Position numbers and translations under genes: made by a program. A DNA stretch of 64,000 nucleotides, taken from NCBI GenBank assembly GCA_963750015.1, contig CAVVPU010000134.1:7137-71136 (forward strand), given 5' to 3'. This stretch comes from an uncultured delta proteobacterium (GTDB lineage Bacteria > Desulfobacterota > Syntrophorhabdia > Syntrophorhabdales > WCHB1-27). The notes under the pieces were generated by a model, which was not told the origin of the DNA, searched no databases, and was given only the letters and a program-made list of their open reading frames with translations. Shown piece after piece: positions 47,476-57,256 of the stretch (its first letter is position 1; every line of letters starts with the position of its first letter).

Positions 47476-48351
47476 TTAAGCGCCGGGATGGAGCGCTTTT
47501 ACCATTTCATCGAGGGCATCGACGAACGTCCGTGGGGTCGGGCTGCATACGCGGTACGAGTCCATGATGAAAATCCTGTCGTTCTTTACCGCCTTAAGGG
47601 CGCGGAACTTCTGCCATACCTTCTTTTCGTTCGCGGTTTGGGCATCCATGCCGACCAGTATGATGATATCCGGGTCCTGTTTGAGCACCTCTTCCCGGCT
47701 GTAGAAACCGGACTTTGCTTCCCGGGCGATATTGGTTCCTCCCGCGAATTCGATGAAATCATTCACGAAAGAATCCTTTGTCGCTGCAAAGAGGGGCTTC
47801 GTGCCGAGCTGGACGAAAACGGTCGGCCGAGGGAGACCTTTTATGCGCCTCCTTATGGCATCGACCCGCCGGCCCGTAGCCGTTACGATCCGGCGTGCCT
47901 CCCGCTCTCTCCCAACTATCCTGCCAAGCTCCAGAAACTGCTCATTGGTCTCTGCGTATGACCTCGGCTCATCGAACACGATTACGCCGATGCCCAGGCG
48001 CTTCAAACTTTCGACCGCTCTGTGGTCGGTGAGGGATGTGGCCAGCACAAGATCGGGCTTGAGATCGACAATCTTTTCTATGTTCACTTGGGTCACGTTC
48101 CCGATCTTTTCCTTCGCACAGGCTTCCGGAGGGCGCACACAGTAGGTGGTGACGCCTACGAGGTAGTCCTCCACGCCGAGCAGGTAGAGTTTTTCCGTGA
48201 TGGTCGGCCCAAGGGAGACGATCCTGTGAGGGGTTGGGCCGGCGGCGGTGACGGGCGGGCCTGCGAAAAGGGCCGGCCCGCCTACGATGAGGACGGACGC
48301 CGGCAGCATTATCATGGTGCACGATAAGGCAAAAAACAGTCGACGTTTCAT
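47476..48351 (-). CDS. btuF: periplasmic cobalamin/iron-siderophore binding protein (BtuF-like)
   Basis: 291 aa with a signal peptide and a class III SBP pattern (RIVSLGPTITE, KPDLVLA). Confidence 0.85.
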   Translation of the reverse strand: MKRRLFFALSCTMIMLPASVLIVGGPALFAGPPVTAAGPTPHRIVSLGPTITEKLYLLGVEDYLVGVTTYCVRPPEACAKEKIGNVTQVNIEKIVDLKPDLVLATSLTDHRAVESLKRLGIGVIVFDEPRSYAETNEQFLELGRIVGREREARRIVTATGRRVDAIRRRIKGLPRPTVFVQLGTKPLFAATKDSFVNDFIEFAGGTNIAREAKSGFYSREEVLKQDPDIIILVGMDAQTANEKKVWQKFRALKAVKNDRIFIMDSYRVCSPTPRTFVDALDEMVKALHPGA

Positions 48352-48488
48352 GAAATTACCCCGAAAAGGCCCTTTCCCTCTTTTTTCGCTATCCGGTAGT
48401 ATACTACGTCGTGGCGCCTGGCGTGGATAGGGACTTTGCGGGAAAGAAGGCCCCGTCCACCCCGTTGCTCTATACGATCCTTCCCTGC

Positions 48489-50567
48489 TTATTTCCCGAA
48501 GGCATATTTCAGGGTAAGGAAAAATTCGCGTCCCGGTGACGGGTACAAGCCTATATCGTTGACATAGGGGCTGTAGACCCCCATCTCGCTGTATCTCTTA
48601 TTCGTAAGATTCTTGACCGACAGCAGCGCGCTCAGCTGGTTCCACCGGTAGCCGGCGCTCGCGTCGAAAATCGTGTAGCCGGGCAGTTGCTGTTGCGCGT
48701 TCGCCTGGTCGCTTATGGCGTAGCGCTCGCCCGTGTACACGGAGGCGAGACTGAAATCCCAGTTGGAGACGGCGTAGGAAAACTTTACCGATGCCTTGTT
48801 TTCGGGCACGAGGGGTATGCGGTTGCCCCCGAACTCCCCTCCGTCGAAAAGGGCCTCCGTGTACGAGTAGGTCAGGTTAAGCGTCAGACCGGTGGTGAGA
48901 TTGAAGAAAAGGCTCGTTTCCACGCCTTGCCGGTTCGTCTTGTCGTAGTTCTCGTTTGCCTGGTCAAGGGGGTTGAAGTAAATCTCGTCCCTGTTCCGGC
49001 TCTGAAAGTAGGTAAGACTACCCGCAACCCCGTGCCACGGGTCCGAGCGGATGCCGAAGTCGAACTCTCGGGTGGTCTGGGGTTTGAGCGCGGTGTTGAG
49101 CGTGGTCGGCACGTATATGCCGGGCGCCGGAGAGTACCCGTAGACGACGAATTCATCGGTCGCCGGGAATCGGAAACCCTCGCTGTAGGAGGCAAAGACG
49201 TTCGCCTTTTTCAGTATGGCATAGTTGGCGGACAGGCGGTAGGCGTCCCTTACGTAATTGGATGTGCCGGTGTCGCTGACGGCCGGGTTCACGAAGTCCT
49301 TGTAGTCGACGTCGAAGCTCGACTTCTGTCGCCTGTAGCCTGCTTCCAGAGCGAGGTCCTGAAAGGGGAATATCTTCTCATCCGCATAGCCCGCGAAGTC
49401 CCTCTTGTTGATGTCGCTCGTAGTCTGGGTCGGACCCGGAAGCAGCCCCGAGGAGCTCACCGTCGTAGGGTATCTGTCGTAGTCCGTGCCGATGACGAAA
49501 ACGTTCTTGAGGCCTGCGATCGGGGTTGAGACCTCCATTTTCGGGGTGAAGGCATAGGTCTGGAGCTCGCTCTTGGAGTCATAATAGCTGCCGAAGCCGT
49601 AGTCGTAAAAGGAACCGGTATGGCGGTCCCTGTATGACGCCCCGAGGGAGAGGACGACGTCTTCACGGAGCGCGATTTCGGGCACGAGGTCGAAAAAGTT
49701 GTCGTTCGTCGAGGCGGTGTCGTTGGGATGAGTGGAATCCTTCGGATCGACCATCCCGGCGCGCAGATCGCCCCAGTAGAGTGAGCCCGGCTGGCCGTAG
49801 GTATCGTCATGCAGGCCCGTGCTCAGCTTCACTTTAAGATGGTCACCCAGGTCGAAGCCGAAATTGCCCAGCAAGTCCTTCGAGTGGAGCGCGTTATTGT
49901 GCCTGTAACCGTCGGTATCGAGGTCCGAGCCGAAGACCATGTAGGAGAACCTGCCCTGACTGCCGGAAACGAGCGCCTCAGGTTTGAAGAAGTTGTAGCC
50001 GCCGGTCGTCATGGTCACTGATCCCTTGGGCGCGCCTTCTCCGGCCTTGAGAATTATGTTTACTGCGCCCGCAGCCGCGTTGTCACCGTAAAGGACGCTC
50101 GCCGGGCCCCGGTACACTTCGACTCGCTCGATCGCATCCACGGGTATCTGCGCAAGATCGGCTCCCGAGAGGTCGATGGAGTTGATGCGCCTGCCGTTGA
50201 CAAGGAAGAGGACGTTTTGAGGGGCAGCCTCTCCGTAGCCCCGAATGTCGATATTTGCGGTTTTGGAGTTGCCGAGCAGGTTCTGGGTAAAGACGCCCGG
50301 CTCCCGGTCGAACACGTCGACGAGGGTCTGGGCGCCCATGTCCTTGATCTCTTCGGCCGTAATAACGGTTACATTAGTGGGCGCTTCAGCGAGCGGGCTT
50401 TCGATCCGCGACGCGGTCACGACAACTTCCTGGAGGGAGTAAGGCTCGTCGGCCAGAGCCGGCCCCGCTGAGCAGCAGGCGAGCACGAGCATTGTTGCTA
50501 TTGCGGCAGGCCGTATTCCCGACCATAAACGATCTCTATTTATTAAGCTATTGAAATGATTCCACAT
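48489..50567 (-). CDS. btuB: TonB-dependent outer-membrane receptor (BtuB-like, riboswitch controlled)
   Basis: 692 aa. Signal peptide, TonB box/plug (EVVVTASRIESP, VEVYRGPASVLYG) and a barrel-sized C-terminal region. Lies directly downstream of a cobalamin riboswitch. Confidence 0.88.
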   Translation of the reverse strand: MWNHFNSLINRDRLWSGIRPAAIATMLVLACCSAGPALADEPYSLQEVVVTASRIESPLAEAPTNVTVITAEEIKDMGAQTLVDVFDREPGVFTQNLLGNSKTANIDIRGYGEAAPQNVLFLVNGRRINSIDLSGADLAQIPVDAIERVEVYRGPASVLYGDNAAAGAVNIILKAGEGAPKGSVTMTTGGYNFFKPEALVSGSQGRFSYMVFGSDLDTDGYRHNNALHSKDLLGNFGFDLGDHLKVKLSTGLHDDTYGQPGSLYWGDLRAGMVDPKDSTHPNDTASTNDNFFDLVPEIALREDVVLSLGASYRDRHTGSFYDYGFGSYYDSKSELQTYAFTPKMEVSTPIAGLKNVFVIGTDYDRYPTTVSSSGLLPGPTQTTSDINKRDFAGYADEKIFPFQDLALEAGYRRQKSSFDVDYKDFVNPAVSDTGTSNYVRDAYRLSANYAILKKANVFASYSEGFRFPATDEFVVYGYSPAPGIYVPTTLNTALKPQTTREFDFGIRSDPWHGVAGSLTYFQSRNRDEIYFNPLDQANENYDKTNRQGVETSLFFNLTTGLTLNLTYSYTEALFDGGEFGGNRIPLVPENKASVKFSYAVSNWDFSLASVYTGERYAISDQANAQQQLPGYTIFDASAGYRWNQLSALLSVKNLTNKRYSEMGVYSPYVNDIGLYPSPGREFFLTLKYAFGK

Positions 50568-50699
50568 GAGTTGGTTCCTTTCCGCTAATCAACAAATTGC
50601 GGGCCTCGTCCCGCCACAAGAATCGCCTTCAGTGGCACGAGACCGATTGCTTGTTCCAGTGATGAAAGAAGATTGGTTCAGGAAGAATTGGATTTCATA

Positions 50700-50900
50700 C
50701 GCACCCCCTTATGCCGCGTAAGGTAGCGTCGTCATGATTTAACCCAAGGTTTCCTGGCTCAGGGTACTACCGGTACGCCTTCCCGTCCGTTGCAGGACAG
50801 TGACTGGTCACATGGACCCGTACCGGCCTTTCCACCCATCACAGTTGCGGGTCAGCGGCAGATTTTCACTGCGCTTCCCTTGCAGGTTAAAACTGTAGGC
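50700..50900 (-). promoter_or_regulatory. cobalamin (B12) riboswitch
   Basis: Minus strand AAGGGAAGCGCAGTGAAAATCTGCCGCTGACCCGCAACTGTGA, then GTCACTG...CGGGAAGGCG, then the B12-box GAGCCAGGAAACCTTGGG. Order and spacing match the consensus. Confidence 0.85.
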
Positions 50901-51244
50901 CGCATCTTTTTTGTACCATGTCAGACCGGTAATTGCAAAAGTTTTCTGCACGCTTGTCGCCCACATAGAAAAGTCCCGGCGTCGCGTATGAGTAGCCGCC
51001 GAACCGGCGAATTTGTGACGCCGGGACTTTCGCGGAGCCTTTCTCGTGACGCTTCGCCTGGTTGTGTATTGCCTGATCCGCCAGCAATAGGACAGCCATG
51101 TCCGCTATACCAGCCCCTTATCTACCTTCCACAGATACCCTTGCATTATCTGGAGGGAAAGAACTCTGCCTTTCCGCAGGCGGCGAAGATGCCGCCCCTG
51201 TGCGCTTCCAAGAAATCACGTTCCCGCGGAATTTTCTTTTCCAC

Positions 51245-51273
51245 TTGACTCTATGGTGCTCAGGTGTGATATA
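51245..51273 (+). promoter_or_regulatory. sigma-70 type promoter candidate
   Basis: TTGACT-N17-GATATA, about 340 nt upstream of the receptor start codon. Confidence 0.45.
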
Positions 51274-51344
51274 AGAACATAGCAACAGTCTTCCAAAGTA
51301 TGGGAGGCAGGCCCCGCAGGGGTCGCCGTAGTCGATACACTTTT

Positions 51345-51407
51345 GAACCGGCCACGAAGGCTTTTCCGCCATCCAGGAGATGGTCTTCGTGGCCGGTTCT
51401 TGTTTTT
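51345..51407 (+). terminator. intrinsic terminator/attenuator inside the receptor leader
   Basis: 15-bp stem GAACCGGCCACGAAG/CTTCGTGGCCGGTTC with an inner hairpin CCATC/GATGG, followed by TTGTTTTT. Confidence 0.65.
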
Positions 51408-51611
51408 GATAAAGAAGACACCATTCATGACTGAATCACGGAAGTAGAATCGGTAGAGAGACGATGGAGAGAAGGAGGTGAGAGCAGGCCCGCGAGAGCA
51501 GGCGAGACCTTGGCGGGGACGCCTTGCCACTCGGACGTGAAAATCGGACGAACCCCCACCTCCTAGTAGATTTTACCATGAAAGGGGGTGAGAACGGAAA
51601 GAGAGGACGGT

Positions 51612-53882
51612 ATGGTAGGGAAAGTGGCGTTGCTCATTGTTCTATTGCTTTTTTCAGGGACGGCTCGGGCCCAGGAGAAAACACCGGCGGACGCGGCGTC
51701 GCAGTCGGCGCAGCAGCAGATCGCTGCCCCCGGCGAAGCCGCAGAGCCCTCATCGCCGGCCACGACCGAAACAAAAGGGGGTATTCAGAAGTTGCCCGAA
51801 GTTGTAGTGGAAGAACGCAGCGACAGTATGATCGGGATAGCCGATACTTCGACACAAGGGGCCATAGGGGCCCTGGAGCTTTCAGAACGCCCGATCAGCC
51901 GTCCCGGCGAGGTGCTCGAAGCGATGCCCGGAACGATTGTCACCCAGCACAGCGGCGATGGCAAGGCAAACCAGTATTTTCTTAGAGGGTTTAACCTCGA
52001 TCACGGTACGGACATGGCCGGCTTCTTTAACGGCATTCCCCTCAACCTGCCTTCGAACGCTCACGGCGAGGGCTACACAGATCTCAATTTTCTCATTCCC
52101 GAACTGATTCAGAAGATAGACTATGGAAAGGGGCCATATTACGCCGACGTCGGCGACTTTGGATCGGCGGGCTGGGAAAATATCCAATATTTTCATATTC
52201 TTCCCGAAAATATTGCGAAGGTCGAGTTCGGTAGCTGGAACTATGAGCGCACCCTGTTTGCCGGCTCGACCAAGGTCGGACAGGACAATCTCCTGGGCGC
52301 CATGGAACTGGTGCACACCGACGGTCCCTGGGACGTGGCCGAAAATTTGGTAAAATTCAACGGATATGGCAGCTACAGTCATGGAGACGCAAGTCAGGGC
52401 TGGAGCGCGTCCGCATTGGGGTATCACGGGACGTGGAAGGCAACCAACCAGATCCCTGATCTGGCCGTCCAGGAGGGGCTCATCAACCGATTCGGCAGCC
52501 TGAGCCCGACTGACGGGGGATTAACGGATCGCTACCTTCTGTCGGGCGAGTTTCATCAGGCCGATGACCATTCGTCTACCAAGGTCATGGCGTACGCTTA
52601 TTACTACAAAATGGGACTCTGGAATAACTTTGATTTCTACCTTGACGAACTGCCCAACATACCCGGCACCAATGAAAGCTATTCCGCACAATATGGAGAC
52701 CAGTTCGAGCAAAGGGACACGAGGTGGGTGCAGGGGCTGAGGGCAACTCAGACGTACTTTGGTCAATTCCGCGGCATGCAAACGGAAACCACCTTCGGAC
52801 TCGACTTTCGAAACGACATAATCCACGATATCCTGGATCGAACGTACGACCGCCATGTCTTTCTCGTAGTCCGCGACGATAATATCGTAGAAACGGACCT
52901 GGCTCCCTATATTGAAAATAAGATGCAATGGCTGCCGTGGTTTCGCACCGTCGGGGGCTTTCGGTTCGATCTCATGAATATGAACAACACGAACAATTAC
53001 ACCTATGCCACGGGCGGCCCCCAACGTGCCGACACCGGAAACCTGTTCAGGGCCATTCCTGAGCCCAAGTTCTCTTTGATCTTCGGCCCGTGGGCCAAAA
53101 CCGAATTTTATCTGAATGGAGGCATGGGCTACCACACCGACGACGCGCGGGGCGCCACTACTCATTTAGATCCGTTAACCGGCACCACGACCAATTATTT
53201 TGGTAACCCGGTTTCACCGGTGTTGGCAATAGCGCACTCGTACGGCGCGGAGGTTGGCGTCCGCAGTTCAGCCATCCCGAATGTGCAAAGCTCGCTGACG
53301 TTCTGGGCGCTGAGACTGCAATCGGAAGAGGTCTTCGACGGGGATCAGGGTACGGACGTTCCCAGTCCTTACCCCGATATCCGGGCGGGAGTCGAATTTG
53401 CAAACTACTGGACGCCGACCAAATGGCTGACGATTGACGCAGATTTTGCCGATTCGGAGGCGCATTTTGTCAACCAGCCTCGTTACGCCGCCCTTGTTTT
53501 GCAGCAAAGCGGCTCCACAGGAGCATACGTCCCCGAAGCAGCCGGACTGATCGTCTCATCAGGCATATGGGTCCACGATCTGTACAACTGGAGCACCGGC
53601 CTGCGATGGAGATATTTCGGGCCGCGCTATCTGACTCAGGACGGCTCCGTGAAATCCCCCACCACCAGCCTGCTCTATTACAACCTCGGCTATAAATTCA
53701 ACGAACACTGGTCGGTCGAGGGAGATATCTTTAACCTCCTCAATGCAAGAGCCGATGATATAACCTATAATTATATGTTTCAGCTCACACCCACACCGGC
53801 GGGGGGTTCGCCTGTAACCGGTAATGTGTTCCACCCGGCTGAACCGCGTACTTTTCGAATTGCGGTGACCTATAAATTTTAG
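51612..53882 (+). CDS. TonB-dependent outer-membrane receptor
   Basis: ORF from GTG 51588. ATG 51612 gives MVGKVALLIVLLLFSGTARAQE. Plug motifs (QYFLRGFNLDHGTD), a large barrel and a terminal ...RIAVTYKF. Confidence 0.88.
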   Translation: MVGKVALLIVLLLFSGTARAQEKTPADAASQSAQQQIAAPGEAAEPSSPATTETKGGIQKLPEVVVEERSDSMIGIADTSTQGAIGALELSERPISRPGEVLEAMPGTIVTQHSGDGKANQYFLRGFNLDHGTDMAGFFNGIPLNLPSNAHGEGYTDLNFLIPELIQKIDYGKGPYYADVGDFGSAGWENIQYFHILPENIAKVEFGSWNYERTLFAGSTKVGQDNLLGAMELVHTDGPWDVAENLVKFNGYGSYSHGDASQGWSASALGYHGTWKATNQIPDLAVQEGLINRFGSLSPTDGGLTDRYLLSGEFHQADDHSSTKVMAYAYYYKMGLWNNFDFYLDELPNIPGTNESYSAQYGDQFEQRDTRWVQGLRATQTYFGQFRGMQTETTFGLDFRNDIIHDILDRTYDRHVFLVVRDDNIVETDLAPYIENKMQWLPWFRTVGGFRFDLMNMNNTNNYTYATGGPQRADTGNLFRAIPEPKFSLIFGPWAKTEFYLNGGMGYHTDDARGATTHLDPLTGTTTNYFGNPVSPVLAIAHSYGAEVGVRSSAIPNVQSSLTFWALRLQSEEVFDGDQGTDVPSPYPDIRAGVEFANYWTPTKWLTIDADFADSEAHFVNQPRYAALVLQQSGSTGAYVPEAAGLIVSSGIWVHDLYNWSTGLRWRYFGPRYLTQDGSVKSPTTSLLYYNLGYKFNEHWSVEGDIFNLLNARADDITYNYMFQLTPTPAGGSPVTGNVFHPAEPRTFRIAVTYKF

Positions 53883-53991
53883 GGGGATGTGATGCGGGCC
53901 TCACCAGGATATTCTGCCGGGAGAACTCTTTCACGGGAGGGGAAACCGTTCCCCTCCACAACAATCTATTCACGATAGAGAGGATTTTACA

Positions 53992-54645
53992 ATGCAACAG
54001 ATACACATGGCTTTGGAGGCGCTCAGATTCGGCGGCGCCATGGTCTATCCGCTCCTGCTTCTTGCGGTCCTGGCAGTCGTGGTCATACTCGATAAGGCGT
54101 TCGTCTATTGGCAGTTCGTGCGTCTGCCGCAGCCGTTGCTCGAGCTCGTCGAAACCTACGATTTTTCATGGTCGGAGTTGGACCGCCAATTGTCGGGCCT
54201 CGACCCCCGTAACTATTTCCAGCGCTTCTTCCGGGTAACTATGAACAACCGCACGAAACCGGTCTGGTGGTTGGAGTCGCGCGCGAGTGATGAAGCCCAG
54301 TTGATCGAGGATGCGCTGAGCCGGGGGTTGTGGGTGCTTGAAACCGTCGTCACGGCTGCCCCCCTTTTAGGGCTGCTCGGCACGATCGCCGGGATGATGA
54401 GTGCCTTCAACCTCATCGGCACGAGCGGCCTGGTGGACCCCACGGGGGTGACCGGAGGAGTGGCTCAGGCGCTGATCGCAACCGCCTTGGGCCTCCTCAT
54501 CGCCATTGTCGCCCTGTTCGCGTTCAATTTCTTTTCACGCCGGCAGTCGCAGACCCTCGATAAAATGGAGCGACTGGGGACGCGGCTCGTGGACCACATC
54601 CGCATGGCCGAAGATGGACAGGAGCGCTCCCATGAAACTGCGTAA
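53992..54645 (+). CDS. exbB: MotA/TolQ/ExbB proton channel protein
   Basis: 217 aa, three TM segments, with APLLGLLGTIAGMMSAF and GVAQALIATALGL motifs. Confidence 0.9.
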   Translation: MQQIHMALEALRFGGAMVYPLLLLAVLAVVVILDKAFVYWQFVRLPQPLLELVETYDFSWSELDRQLSGLDPRNYFQRFFRVTMNNRTKPVWWLESRASDEAQLIEDALSRGLWVLETVVTAAPLLGLLGTIAGMMSAFNLIGTSGLVDPTGVTGGVAQALIATALGLLIAIVALFAFNFFSRRQSQTLDKMERLGTRLVDHIRMAEDGQERSHETA

Positions 54646-55036
54646 ATCCCGCCGGCACCGCCGCGGCCGAATCGAAATCATCCCTATGATCGACGTGATG
54701 TTCTTTCTCCTCGCCACGTTTATGCTCGCATCGCTGTCCATGCAGCACCTGCATTCTTTGGCGGTCAATCTCCCTCAGGGGAGCGCCGCATCCATGCAGC
54801 CCAAGGCCCCGGTGACCCTCACCGTTACCAGGGACAGCCGCATCCTCCTGGACAGCACCCCGGTAACCCTGGAAACGCTGAGGGCGACCTTGAAGTCGAT
54901 GCTCAAAGGGCCGGACTCTAGTGTCATTGTGGCATCGGACAGCGCGGCATCCTACGGCGTCACCGTCCAGGCGATGATGGAGGCCCGTAATGCGGGCGCG
55001 CAGCATTTTCTGATAGCCGTCAAGCATGTTAAGTGA
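54632..55036 (+). CDS. exbD: ExbD/TolR biopolymer transport protein
   Basis: Start set at ATG 54632 (MKLRKSRRHRRGRIEIIPMIDVMFFLLATFML). Overlaps the exbB end by 14 nt. Confidence 0.9.
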   Translation: MKLRKSRRHRRGRIEIIPMIDVMFFLLATFMLASLSMQHLHSLAVNLPQGSAASMQPKAPVTLTVTRDSRILLDSTPVTLETLRATLKSMLKGPDSSVIVASDSAASYGVTVQAMMEARNAGAQHFLIAVKHVK

Positions 55037-55802
55037 GACTGCCTCGATGAAGACACTCTCCGATGTGGAAAGCCCCTGGCAGCGCCTTCCGTGGACGCTG
55101 CCGACTGCCTTGCTGATTCTGGCGGTGGCTGTATGGGGGCTCGCCTCTTTCATGGAAAGGCCCGGCCACAGGCAGCAGGGTGCGCCTCCCATCGACGCGC
55201 AGTTTGTCGAGCTGCCGGCCCCGACCGCTTCACATACCATCCAGCCGGAGCGGCCCGTCGCAGTGCCTAAGCCCAAACCCCTTACACGGATGAGGCAAGA
55301 ACAGGCCCCCGAGCCTGTCAAAGCGGCTGAGCAGCCCGCGGCGCCGGCGCCTGCCCGCGAAATCTCCCTCCCGGAAGCCTCCCCCGCATCCGGCGCCGGG
55401 ACGGGACCCTCTCTTCCGGCCGCCAACCCTTCCGTTCCAGGCGGCACAGGAAGCCCCTTCGGACCCCGGGCAGTCTCCCGCGCCCCTTCCGCTGCCGGAA
55501 GCCCAGCTGGTGTACAGACGACTCCGCCCGGCTTCGGCGCGGCCTACCTGAACAACCCCAAACCAGCCTATCCCGCCCTGGCAAGAAAAATGGGGATCGA
55601 GGGCAGGGTGACGCTGAAGGTCTTCGTCAGCAAAGAGGGAAAACCCCTTCACCTGGAAGTAGCCGAGTCCTCCGGTCACGATCTCCTCGACAAGGCAGCC
55701 TTCGACGCCGTCAAGGACTGGCGCTTCGTCCCCGCCCGAAAGGGGGACGCATCCTACGACGAGTGGGTGCAGGTGCCCATAGTGTTCAAGCTCAATAAAT
55801 AG
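55026..55802 (+). CDS. tonB: TonB family energy transducer
   Basis: 258 aa. TM, a Pro-rich spacer and a TonB C-domain (YPALARKMGIEGRVTLKVFVSKEGKPLHLEVAESSGHDLLDKAAFDAVKDWRFVPA). Confidence 0.88.
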   Translation: MLSETASMKTLSDVESPWQRLPWTLPTALLILAVAVWGLASFMERPGHRQQGAPPIDAQFVELPAPTASHTIQPERPVAVPKPKPLTRMRQEQAPEPVKAAEQPAAPAPAREISLPEASPASGAGTGPSLPAANPSVPGGTGSPFGPRAVSRAPSAAGSPAGVQTTPPGFGAAYLNNPKPAYPALARKMGIEGRVTLKVFVSKEGKPLHLEVAESSGHDLLDKAAFDAVKDWRFVPARKGDASYDEWVQVPIVFKLNK

Positions 55803-55981
55803 CGTGGAGGCTGCGCGAGCGTGGCTTGCGAAAGTTATTGGCTGAATAGCCTGACGTCGGAGGGGGCCGTTGTCATTTTTTGCCTGGCGAACCCCCGCGG
55901 TTGCAAGCATTGCCAATTGTAACGTTCGCTTTGAGCGTGGTCGAGCAAAATCTAGGCTTTCAGGAAGCTAGGGGGTGAGGT

Positions 55982-57256
55982 CTACTTGACGCAAATCATC
56001 AAACCGTAACCGCCACGGCTATCTGTTACCGTTACGACGAGCATCGTTTTGTCGGTAGACAAGACACCGTGAAAGCTGACATTGTCGCTTGTAGTGACCG
56101 TTCCGTCGCTGGCAATGCTCGCAGTGCCTAAAGACGCGTGCGCAAACGATGGCACGGTCCCATCACTCAGGAGCCCGGACCCTACGGTTATGTTGCCGCT
56201 GCTGTCCATGACCAGGATTGCACGCTCCCAGCCCTGGTATGAGCAGGTGCCGGTGATGTTAAGCCCGAACATCCTCCAGTCTCCGGCAAGATCGGCAAGC
56301 GTATAGTTGCTTCCCCTCTTTACTCCGATTCTGATACCGTGTCCTGATACTCCGCTGCCCGAGATATCCATCGTGCCGATCAAGGCGTTCTTGCTGCCAT
56401 TCAAAGCTCCCATGTATGTTGATGTTCTGCTTGAGACAAAATACCCGTTGGAAACGCTGTACGTCTCTGTCGACGGAACGGTAGTGCCGCCCGTGCTCGA
56501 TAGCAAGGCCGTATAGGTTGCAACGCCGTTATTGAATGTGAGATCCGAATGAATCCATCCGCCGGAGCTGCCTGCGGCAAATACATGGTTGCTCCATGAG
56601 CCCGTCAGGTCGGAAGCCGAAAAGCTCGTTTGTTTGACGTAGAGGCCCAGGGCGGGGCCCGACACCCCGCCTGTCGTCGTCGGACCCGAGTCGGGGGCAA
56701 AGGTTACCGTGAAGGGCCAGACGTCTTTTACCCGGTTGAACGCTCCGACGGTGGAGCCGTCCCCCACGGTCCCGCTCGGGTCCACAAAATAGGTGGGACG
56801 GCCCGCAGCCGGGCTATACGTCTTGGGTGTGCTGTCCGTTGCCTGTCCGCCGGAGAAAGCGCCGTTTGAGTCAAACGACATGAGCCCATACTCCCACCCC
56901 TGCACGTCGCCCGTAAACTGGTTCACCGCGACGCCGAAAAAATACCATGCCCCCGTCAGGTTTGCCTGTATGCTTGCGGAGCTTGAGAGCGACGCCGGAT
57001 AGGAGTGGATGATGTCCCCACCCGTCGCTCCAAGGTTCAGCGGATTGTTCGCCGGAATCGCGACCCCCGACAACGTATCGACGAAGCCCAGGTTTATGGT
57101 CGTGTCCGACCCTAAAGTGAACCTGTTGGTTGTCATTGAGCTGGAGTCGAAGAGGGGAGAGATCCTCTGGTCCGCGGTCTCTTCGTTTTCGATGAGATAT
57201 AGCTGGTAAGTACCGGCGGGAAAGCTGAGGGTGAACGTCTTGGGGCTTCCCGAAGC
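55982..57256 (-). pseudogene. 5'-truncated gene for a G/S/T-rich beta-type (surface or secreted?) protein
   Basis: ORF track gives 55982-57136. The frame stays open and protein-like upstream (ASGSPKTFTLSFPAGTYQLYLIENEETADQRISPLFDSSS) until a TAG at 57257-57259 inside the first REP copy. There is no start codon, RBS or signal peptide. Confidence 0.6.

Noticed and set aside
51510-51570. Possible second cobalamin riboswitch (GTGAAAATC ... CCCCCACCTCCTAGTAG) upstream of the second receptor
   Set aside because: The flanks of GTGAAAAT are direct repeats (CGGACG/CGGACG), so the required hairpin cannot form. The order of the GCCACT-like and core elements is wrong, and there is no B12 box.
54524-55447. 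307-aa minus-strand ORF over exbD and tonB, and 55230-55916 minus
   Set aside because: It is antisense to well-supported exbD and tonB, and its Gly/Arg/Ala-rich translation shows no domain signature.
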